In this document: positions 25,031 to 31,464 of the stretch, in pieces
Layout: each line of letters starts with the position of its first letter
How positions within the stretch are numbered: the first letter of the stretch is position 1
Source of the DNA: Candidatus Saccharimonadota bacterium
Lineage (GTDB): Bacteria > Patescibacteriota > Microgenomatia > UBA1406 > GWC2-37-13
Assembly (NCBI GenBank): GCA_016700135.1
Contig: CP065004.1
Span: forward strand, 1,110,001 to 1,142,000
Direction of reading: 5' to 3'
DNA: 32,000 nucleotides
Position numbers and translations under genes: made by a program
The notes under the pieces: generated by a model
What the model saw: the letters and a program-made list of their open reading frames with translations, nothing else
Databases searched by the model: none
Told to the model about the DNA's origin: nothing

Positions 25031-25262
25031 CTTCAGGGAACTCTACATCACAAGCCATTGCCGTACACATGACTTCTCCGTTCTGACACGAACAGGAATT
25101 ACACTCATCCTGAAAGCCTTCTCCGTCTTTGTAAGTAATGCCTTTGTAGGTACATGACAAAGGAATGATATTTTTTACCGGATTTGTATCCAGTTTTGCA
25201 ATCATCAGACCGAGCACTACCCCGATACCGATTAGCAGGATATACAGTAAATATTGTTTCAT
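25023..25262 (-). CDS. Small membrane-anchored or exported cysteine-rich protein (79 aa), VWC-like Cys pattern
   Basis: N-terminal hydrophobic segment (LLYILLIGIGVVLGLMIA), then CTYKGITYKDGEGFQDECNSCSCQNGEVMCTAMAC. TATAAT at 25276-25271 lies 8 nt before the ATG. The 3' end overlaps the greA 3' end by 8 nt. Confidence 0.6.
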   Translation of the reverse strand: MKQYLLYILLIGIGVVLGLMIAKLDTNPVKNIIPLSCTYKGITYKDGEGFQDECNSCSCQNGEVMCTAMACDVEFPEAN

Positions 25263-25271
25263 ATGAAATCA

Positions 25272-26060
25272 TTATATATCTTTTTGCTCGTTTAGCTCCT
25301 GAAATAATTGATGAGCAGTAAAAAGTTTTTCTTCAAAGATGTCTTCTTCTTCCTCTCCGTCGGGGACCAGACACTGCTGGTGTTCATTCAATTCATAGTT
25401 ACCGGCACAGTATTGCTCCCATTTCCAAGTATAGATATTCAGTGTTGCAAATATTCCCCCTACTATGTATTGACGGAGCGCGGGAATATATGGAATCTTT
25501 CCTGTCTGAATGGCATTGGGTACCGCAAGTGACGCAATCCACCTTCTGATATCGATTTCTTCCTGTTCCCGGGTTTTGACGGCCCAGTTCCCCAGCGAAA
25601 GATTCAGTGAAGGTCCACGGATCGCAGGGTCATACCTATGGCTATCGGATGCAGTGGTCTCTCTCAGTCTTTGAAGCTTAATATTTATACCGAGGACAGG
25701 ATCAGGCGCATCGTCAATTTGCCGGCCTACTACAAGGTCAATCCCGTGTCTCCCGGGTCTTCCATGTTCGAGTTGGGGTGATGCGAGACTTACCGTGTAT
25801 CCGGCACTTTCAAGCGGCGAGATTAGGCTGATGTATGAAGCCCATTCAGCCATAAAAGCATGAGAATCATTTCTTTCATCAGTTCCGTTTGATGCAATAT
25901 AATCTTCTAGTGCCGCGCGTCTTCGGTTGATAAAACCGTTTGTAGCATATGCGGTTTCAAGGATGTGCGGATCAAACGACTGATACGGAAGGCCAGCACT
26001 GTATGCTGCTTCAAAGTCTTCAATAAACTGCAGTGCTCGAGGCGATTCGAGTGTAAGCAT
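25272..26060 (-). CDS. Hypothetical protein (262 aa), no recognised domain
   Basis: Long ORF with a coding-like composition and an acidic C-terminus (DGEEEEDIFEE). TATAAT at 26076-26071 lies upstream. No signal peptide seen. Confidence 0.55.
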   Translation of the reverse strand: MLTLESPRALQFIEDFEAAYSAGLPYQSFDPHILETAYATNGFINRRRAALEDYIASNGTDERNDSHAFMAEWASYISLISPLESAGYTVSLASPQLEHGRPGRHGIDLVVGRQIDDAPDPVLGINIKLQRLRETTASDSHRYDPAIRGPSLNLSLGNWAVKTREQEEIDIRRWIASLAVPNAIQTGKIPYIPALRQYIVGGIFATLNIYTWKWEQYCAGNYELNEHQQCLVPDGEEEEDIFEEKLFTAHQLFQELNEQKDI

Positions 26061-26208
26061 CAATAATTTTATTATAGAGAGTTCATGGTATTCGTCCAGT
26101 AGGTTTTACAGTAATTTACATATCAGAGAGTATACTTTTAGCCTCAAAAGTAAGCATATTGTCGGAAGGCCATATTGAGATCAGCCATAAGTGTTTTATA
26201 ATAAACCC

Positions 26209-26928
26209 ATGCCGATATTTGAGCTTCCGAAACCGACTATTATTTCCGCGGATTCATCAACGGGATCAGGAATTGTGTTTCATCCCGACAGCGGATTTAT
26301 TTCACATACGGCCCAAAAGCACGAAAAACCAGACGGTGAAGCTGCTCGAATGGCTTCGTACCGGCTGGGAGTTCTTCCTTCAGGTGAGGTTCTTGCTTCG
26401 TATGACATTCATTTACCTGCGGGAACAGCGAGTGTATCAGTGTATGAAAACGGAGGAGACGAAATCGCAGCAGATTTTTCGATACAGGCACATGATTGGG
26501 AAAGAGAGCAGATATTAGCTGAGTCGGTATTTTCTCCGCGTTTATTATCAACCGTCGTTCGGGGTGCTCATATTTTTTTTGGCTGCACTGTCGAACGAGC
26601 AGCTTCAGGACAACATTGCGTTGAGGTCTATGATTTGAACGAAAATAAAAGTATCAAGTCACTTCAAACGGCATTGAAAGAAGATGAACAAGCGGTCATT
26701 GACGGTGTACGGGTATATTGCCGTGGAGGATACATTTCGCTGCGGATGGAGGCAATGGGTTATACTTCAGGTATTGTCCTTCCGTTCAGCCTGCCGTTTG
26801 AAAGATACAGAGAGATGCAGGACGTACTCAAACAGCCAAATCCTCTCGATTTCAATCCTCTGGACGTTCCGATCCCTCATCTGGGAACATCGGTTCGTTT
26901 TGCCCGTGATGATATTTATCGGCAGTAG
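26209..26928 (+). CDS. Hypothetical protein (239 aa), no recognised domain
   Basis: ATG 26209 (MPIFELPKP) is preceded by TATAAT at 26197-26202 with a 6-nt gap. The track start at 26191 is a GTG inside the promoter. Confidence 0.55.
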   Translation: MPIFELPKPTIISADSSTGSGIVFHPDSGFISHTAQKHEKPDGEAARMASYRLGVLPSGEVLASYDIHLPAGTASVSVYENGGDEIAADFSIQAHDWEREQILAESVFSPRLLSTVVRGAHIFFGCTVERAASGQHCVEVYDLNENKSIKSLQTALKEDEQAVIDGVRVYCRGGYISLRMEAMGYTSGIVLPFSLPFERYREMQDVLKQPNPLDFNPLDVPIPHLGTSVRFARDDIYRQ

Positions 26929-27283
26929 GTTCAGCGCAGTTCTGCTGTGCATTAAGATATCGGGCGATTGAATGACCTGCAAAACCCATCATTCGGAAGA
27001 TGCCGATTCCCGTACCGAAGGTCACTCCCGTCGTAATTTCCGCTTTTGCCGCGACATCACAATATGCTGGGACAAAATCTTTTCCTAACAGTGATTGGGT
27101 TGTCCGATCATATAGTTGCTGCGCTTCTTCAGGAGCCGTGTCATAAAGTTGTTGAGTTGCATCACATATATAGTTTGGTGTACCTTCATCCTGTGTCAGG
27201 CGTACTCCGTGAAAAATAAGTCCTGCTCCTACGACGGCCCGTACGGTTTTCCCTAAAAACGCTCTTCTGGATATGCGTTCCAT
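26852..27283 (-). CDS. Hypothetical exported protein with a twin-arginine (Tat)-like signal
   Basis: MERISRRAFLGKTVRAVVGAGLIF matches S/T-R-R-x-F-L-K followed by a hydrophobic region. The ATG lies 1 nt after the stop of the SGNH gene (TAAtATG). The 3' end overlaps the convergent ORF 26209-26928 by 77 nt. Confidence 0.5.
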   Translation of the reverse strand: MERISRRAFLGKTVRAVVGAGLIFHGVRLTQDEGTPNYICDATQQLYDTAPEEAQQLYDRTTQSLLGKDFVPAYCDVAAKAEITTGVTFGTGIGIFRMMGFAGHSIARYLNAQQNCAEPTADKYHHGQNEPMFPDEGSERPED

Positions 27284-27284
27284 A

Positions 27285-28307
27285 TTAGTGTAATCCGGCA
27301 ATGTCTAATAACTCATCAGTCGTAAGCGACTCAATCGGGGATGTAAGGTACGGATTTATGTGTTCTATAAGGTAATTTGCAAATAAACCGTTGAGAACGG
27401 TACCTGAGTGGATTCCGTCCGATAGAAACAAATTTTGAGGATTATTCTGCCCGATATACTGGTCAAGAATGATATCTCCGACTTTTACCTGATAATCAGT
27501 CTCACTTCCCCGCAAGCCCTGGAAAAAGTCATTTGTCTCAATAATATGTGCCCCATATTTTTCAGCTACATCTGCAATTTTAGCGTTAGTTTCATTGATG
27601 ACTTGCGTGACGAGATACCGTTTATAAGGAAGCGGGAAACCGATTTTAACCGCTGTGTGATTTCCCCAATCAGGGATTGTTACGATAAAAATTTCGGGGT
27701 CGCCTGCAGCCTGAAGCGTTTCAACTGCTGTTTGAATATCCGCGACTATGAGATTCTCCTTTTGAATAATGTCTTCCCGACTCATTTCTTCGTTATAAAT
27801 TGCACTATATGCATTGTCATACAGATACGGGGCAAAATCATTCGCTCCGATATAGATTACTACTACGTTTACTTCTCCGCTTTTAACATACTGGGCCAGT
27901 CCGGCATGCTGGTCAGATGAAATCATGGACGCAGCAGTGGCACCTGACCGGGCAAAATTGTATTCATACCCCTGTCTTCTGGGTTCTTCATAATAATTCC
28001 ATGTTCCGAAGTTGACATTTCTTTTATTTGCCAAAATCTCAACCCAATTATACGTAGAGGTCGGATAATTCGTCCCGCGTTTGTCATCAGCACGGTATTC
28101 GTCTGACTGGCTGTCTCCCAGTATACCGATCCCTTTCAAAGGAACTTGCTCGATGGGTGTAGGTTTGACCAAGTACTTCTGAATTTGATCGATGACAAAT
28201 TGAGGTTTCCATGTGAGCATCACAACACCCGAAATGAATGCCATAACGGCAATAAAAAGCATAAAATAAAATGCTGCTTTCAGAATATTGATGAGGGTGT
28301 TTTGCAT
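27285..28307 (-). CDS. SGNH/GDSL-family hydrolase (esterase/lipase-like), N-terminally membrane-anchored
   Basis: All four SGNH blocks are present: GILGDSQSDEY (I), FARSGATAA (II), IYIGANDF (III) and LSDGIHSG (V). The N-terminal TM segment is AAFYFMLFIAVMAFISGVVML. ATG 28307 is preceded by TGaTACAAT (28321-28313). Confidence 0.75.
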   Translation of the reverse strand: MQNTLINILKAAFYFMLFIAVMAFISGVVMLTWKPQFVIDQIQKYLVKPTPIEQVPLKGIGILGDSQSDEYRADDKRGTNYPTSTYNWVEILANKRNVNFGTWNYYEEPRRQGYEYNFARSGATAASMISSDQHAGLAQYVKSGEVNVVVIYIGANDFAPYLYDNAYSAIYNEEMSREDIIQKENLIVADIQTAVETLQAAGDPEIFIVTIPDWGNHTAVKIGFPLPYKRYLVTQVINETNAKIADVAEKYGAHIIETNDFFQGLRGSETDYQVKVGDIILDQYIGQNNPQNLFLSDGIHSGTVLNGLFANYLIEHINPYLTSPIESLTTDELLDIAGLH

Positions 28308-28333
28308 GTCGTATTGTATCAAATATGAGATTT

Positions 28334-28361
28334 GGCTCCCGGTGCATGCGCACCGGGAGCC
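28334..28361. terminator. Perfect 12-bp stem / 4-nt loop GC-rich hairpin downstream of the lipoprotein gene
   Basis: GGCTCCCGGTGC-atgc-GCACCGGGAGCC lies 20 nt after the stop of the minus-strand ORF 28381-28908. There is no clear U-tract on either strand. Confidence 0.5.
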
Positions 28362-28380
28362 TTGAACAAAGATGACCGGG

Positions 28381-28908
28381 CTATTGGCCGATAACGGGAG
28401 TGGTCAACCGACAGTAGTCGATTTCCCACGTTTCCAGTTTGTCGGCATTGAAGGTCTCGCTGTCACGCACGGCGGCGACAGCCTCAAACTGGTGACGGCA
28501 TTTGAACTCCACAGAGTCACCAGGGAGCAACACAGATGCCTTCGAATCCGTGACCTTGAGAATGACAATGCTGCCAACGGGAGCAAGTTCGGAATCCGAT
28601 GACTGGACATGCAAGCGGACGAATCCCTTGCCGCCGAATTCCGGTCCGAAATAGCTGCCGTATGCGCCGTAGGCACTCCCTGCCATTGACCCCCGTGCGG
28701 GTGCGGTTTGGCGAACAAGACTCTCGACATCTCCGATCACGACACCCGCGATGAGGTATACACCATCATCGACGGGCATGCCATCAGGATTCGCGAGGAA
28801 AGCTTGCGGGCTGTCACTGCTCGGCTGTGGCGCGCGGTCTGCCATACAGCCTGCAAGCAATGCTGCAAGCAGAACCAATACTACCAAACCACTGAAACGC
28901 GTTTTCAT
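28381..28908 (-). CDS. Putative lipoprotein (175 aa), high-GC gene
   Basis: Signal peptide with lipobox MKTRFSGLVVLVLLAALLAGC. Shine-Dalgarno AGAGGA lies 7 nt upstream of the ATG. GC-rich codon usage differs from neighbouring genes. Confidence 0.65.
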   Translation of the reverse strand: MKTRFSGLVVLVLLAALLAGCMADRAPQPSSDSPQAFLANPDGMPVDDGVYLIAGVVIGDVESLVRQTAPARGSMAGSAYGAYGSYFGPEFGGKGFVRLHVQSSDSELAPVGSIVILKVTDSKASVLLPGDSVEFKCRHQFEAVAAVRDSETFNADKLETWEIDYCRLTTPVIGQ

Positions 28909-29122
28909 TGTAAAATCCTCTCTTAAGTTATAGGTTGAACTGACCGTATTGACGAGAATTGCTTCTCACCAATAGTAGTCAGTTCAAATTAGCCCGATCT
29001 GTCAATGTGCATATCATTTATCCGCACCCTTTGTATGTTAGCTTTTATACATACTCAAAAGCAGATAATGATATATGTATATTATGCTATAGGTTATCAG
29101 AAGATTAAAGAGAAGTATTTTT

Positions 29123-29542
29123 TTACACTCCGTTTACTAAAGCAAAAAGACTGCGAATTGCCGATTCGGAAGAACCGTACCGGAACGCCCGCAACTGATT
29201 GATTTGAGAAAGATAATACAACTGCTCCTCTCTCGTGAGTATAATTCCCACATTCGGTACCTGGTTCAGTTCATAATAAATCGGTGAAAGTAATAATGGA
29301 TCAGTGCGCTCGTTGAGACCGTCAAATCCTCCCTGAAGACATACCGCTCCGATTCCCTGAAGGGTTAATTCCTTTGCAACATTGTAGCTTCTGCCGCTTC
29401 CGTGATTGCAGATGGTCACAACCTGCAGGCCGTTTGATACCATTCTGGCAAGTCTTCCGTTTAATATTTCTTCCGTGTTTATCCCGTAATCTTTTCTTGC
29501 GAGAGTTTCGGTGATTGGTGAAGGTTGAGGAAGCTCAGTCAT
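29123..29542 (-). CDS. Rhodanese-fold protein with a Cdc25/Acr2-type CX5R active-site loop
   Basis: VVTICNHGSGRSYNVAKELTLQGIGAVCLQGGFDGL fits the rhodanese pattern (hydrophobic strand, Cys loop, ...GG...), but the loop is C-NHGSG-R, one residue longer than in sulfurtransferases. The gene is low-GC. Confidence 0.5.
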   Translation of the reverse strand: MTELPQPSPITETLARKDYGINTEEILNGRLARMVSNGLQVVTICNHGSGRSYNVAKELTLQGIGAVCLQGGFDGLNERTDPLLLSPIYYELNQVPNVGIILTREEQLYYLSQINQLRAFRYGSSESAIRSLFALVNGV

Positions 29543-29921
29543 AGATGGTGTCAGTATTTCAAATCTGAATGAAATAATGAACTATTGTATCACAGGAACG
29601 GACATAATTCGGAGATATCATGTTTCCGGGACTCAGAATCGAAATCAGACACGCGGTTGACCGATAATAAGATTCTATAAATACCATAATGAATGATATA
29701 ATATTTCTTCTCTGTAAATACAAAAGCTGTATTCTACCGGGACTGTTCTTTAACAATACGATTTGTACTTACTTTATTAACTTTGGTATAGAGAGGTTTT
29801 ATTGACCTTTGTATGCCAAAATTAATCTGGTCACCTGAAGAAAGGAGAATGGGGCCTGAGGTGTAAAACCTTACTTTGGTAGATTGTATCGGACCGTTTA
29901 GTCTATAAAGGAGAAACACAC

Positions 29922-30593
29922 ATGTTCGGTAAGCTCGGAGTTGTGGTACTTGCAGCTTTGTTCGGATGGATGCTCATGGGAATGCGCGGGCTGCTGATCG
30001 GAGGAGCCGCTGCAGCAGTCGGTGTCTTTTTCTTTGCGCGGGCTGCCACGCCCGTGGTCGTTGAGGAACCTCCCCTTTCACGCTTTCTCTTTGAAAGTAC
30101 CGGTTCCGCCCCTCTTTGGCTCGCACTCCCCATTCTGGTGGGCTACGAATGGCTTGAAGCCGGTTTTCACAAGTTGGAAGACCCCGCCTGGCACAACGGT
30201 GAGGCGATCCTCGGTTTTTGGACACGTGCCGCGTCTATTCCGGCAGAAGGCCGTCCGCTCGTCTCGTTTGACTGGTGGCGGTCGTTCCTGCAGTTCATGA
30301 TCGATGCTGAATGGCACAGGTGGTTCGGGCCGTTGATCATGTACTCGGAAGTATTGGTCGGCATTGCGTTGATCATCGGCCTTTTCACGGGCATTGCCGC
30401 TTTCGGCGGTGGGTTCATGAACTGGTCGTTCATGATGTCTGGAAGTGCCAGCTCAAATCCGATGCTCTTTGCGTTCTCGGTGCTGCTGGTGCTTGCGTGG
30501 CGTGTGGCAGGGTGGTACGGCATTGACCGTTTCCTTCTCCCGATTCTCGGGACACCATGGCGGCCGGGCCGTGTGTTCCACGCGGAGACATAG
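29922..30593 (+). CDS. DoxX/DoxD-like integral membrane protein (223 aa), high-GC gene
   Basis: Multi-pass membrane protein with DoxX-like features (LVGYEWLEAGFHKL, EVLVGIALIIGLFTGIAAF, GWYGIDRFLLP). Shine-Dalgarno AAGGAG (29908-29913) lies 8 nt before the ATG. Confidence 0.5.
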   Translation: MFGKLGVVVLAALFGWMLMGMRGLLIGGAAAAVGVFFFARAATPVVVEEPPLSRFLFESTGSAPLWLALPILVGYEWLEAGFHKLEDPAWHNGEAILGFWTRAASIPAEGRPLVSFDWWRSFLQFMIDAEWHRWFGPLIMYSEVLVGIALIIGLFTGIAAFGGGFMNWSFMMSGSASSNPMLFAFSVLLVLAWRVAGWYGIDRFLLPILGTPWRPGRVFHAET

Positions 30594-30606
30594 TACAAGT
30601 CGTATA

Positions 30607-30634
30607 CTGCATCCTGCCTTCGGGCAGGGTGCAG
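30607..30634 (+). terminator. Intrinsic-terminator-like hairpin after the DoxX-like gene
   Basis: CTGCATCCTGCC-ttcg-GGCAGGGTGCAG forms a 12-bp stem with one G-U pair. It starts 14 nt after the stop and is followed by a T-rich tract (accttttaactgttttattt). Confidence 0.6.
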
Positions 30635-30670
30635 ATATACACCTTTTAACTGTTTTATTTATTCCAAAGA

Positions 30671-30716
30671 AAAACCGCCTGATGATCTGATGAAACTTCA
30701 TCATGCCATGAGGCGG
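30671..30716 (-). terminator. Candidate intrinsic terminator for minus-strand transcription
   Basis: The minus strand reads CCGCCT...(inner hairpin TGATGAA/TTCATCA)...AGGCGG followed by TTTTTCTTT. Confidence 0.4.
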
Positions 30717-30934
30717 CGTTTCTCTTGTACGTAAGCTTGTAGCTTACTCGTGCGGATTGTCCGCAGATGTCAGTGCAGATGGTTATCTGCATTGTGATAT
30801 TGCCCAACGATTTTATTCGTTAAGCAGGTGTATTCTGTTGTAACTTCTGCACAAGCAGGTATGCTTATTTGTGATCACGCTCGTCGATGAACGGATCGCG
30901 CTGGTACTGCTTCCAGTGAGCCGTTAGTTCTTCG

Positions 30935-31234
30935 TTAGCAAGAAGCTTCTGCAGCTTGTTCTCCGAAAAGTTGTCCCTGGATCTCGTGTCCCTTGACGCC
31001 GGCCCATTCCTGGGAGTCCCGGATCCGGGAGTAGACATCGCTCGCGACGCCGCCGATATACGGCTCGCCGCACGAGATGGAAGTCACATTCCCGTTTTGG
31101 TCGTAATAGGTCACACAGCCCTGCTGAGAAATTTCATCAGAATCCGCGGCATGCGCCTCAGCTGGCGCACTGACAAAACTGACCATCGTCATCATAATTG
31201 CTGCGATGACCAAGGTCATAAAGCGCTGAAGCAT
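30935..31234 (-). CDS. Small secreted protein (99 aa as called), high-GC gene; the 3' end may be frameshifted
   Basis: Signal peptide MLQRFMTLVIAAIMMTMVSFVSAPAEAHA. Shine-Dalgarno AGGAG lies 6 nt before the ATG. A coding-like reading frame continues to 30865 in another frame (see findings). Confidence 0.6.
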   Translation of the reverse strand: MLQRFMTLVIAAIMMTMVSFVSAPAEAHAADSDEISQQGCVTYYDQNGNVTSISCGEPYIGGVASDVYSRIRDSQEWAGVKGHEIQGQLFGEQAAEASC

Positions 31235-31464
31235 GATACTCTCCTCTTAGGGTACTTCTGAAATAAAAGGTGCGTGTAGAGCAAACCGCCTTCCACGTTT
31301 TGCTCTCCGTGTCAACTCGGATGACTGGACATCGGGAGCTGTTCCCTCTGCACGTTACACGCCAAGTTTTTGACGTTCAAATTATATCATAGTAGATCAT
31401 TAAAATCAAACTATAGGTCATATAGAGAAGATGTAAACTTTGGAATTCAGTCCATTGTATATTG

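Noticed and set aside
29543-29921. Riboswitch, or the small ORFs at 29559-29756 and 29734-29919, in the 379-bp gap upstream of the DoxX-like gene
   Set aside because: I could not recognise any known riboswitch core. The two ORFs are AT-rich and low-complexity, with no start context. I treated the region as untranslated spacer or junction DNA.
28404-30704. Many overlapping ORFs on both strands (for example 28404-28730, 29903-30133, 29974-30225, 30022-30300, 30078-30317, 30167-30598, 30311-30526, 30430-30642, 30445-30690, 30453-30704)
   Set aside because: High-GC DNA is poor in stop codons, so long spurious frames are expected. Their translations are Arg/Pro/Gly/Ser-rich off-frame noise. Only the frames with a signal peptide or TM pattern plus an SD site were kept.
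30689-30733. 14-codon mini-ORF (MKLHHAMRRRFSCT) as a possible leader peptide
   Set aside because: It has no ribosome-binding site and no downstream gene on that strand. The sequence is better explained as the arms of the terminator-like hairpin.
28317-31416. Direct repeats flanking the high-GC region as att-like sites (ATCAAATATGAG versus ATCAAACTATAG)
   Set aside because: Only a 6-nt exact match, in AT-rich DNA, with no integrase nearby. This is indistinguishable from chance.
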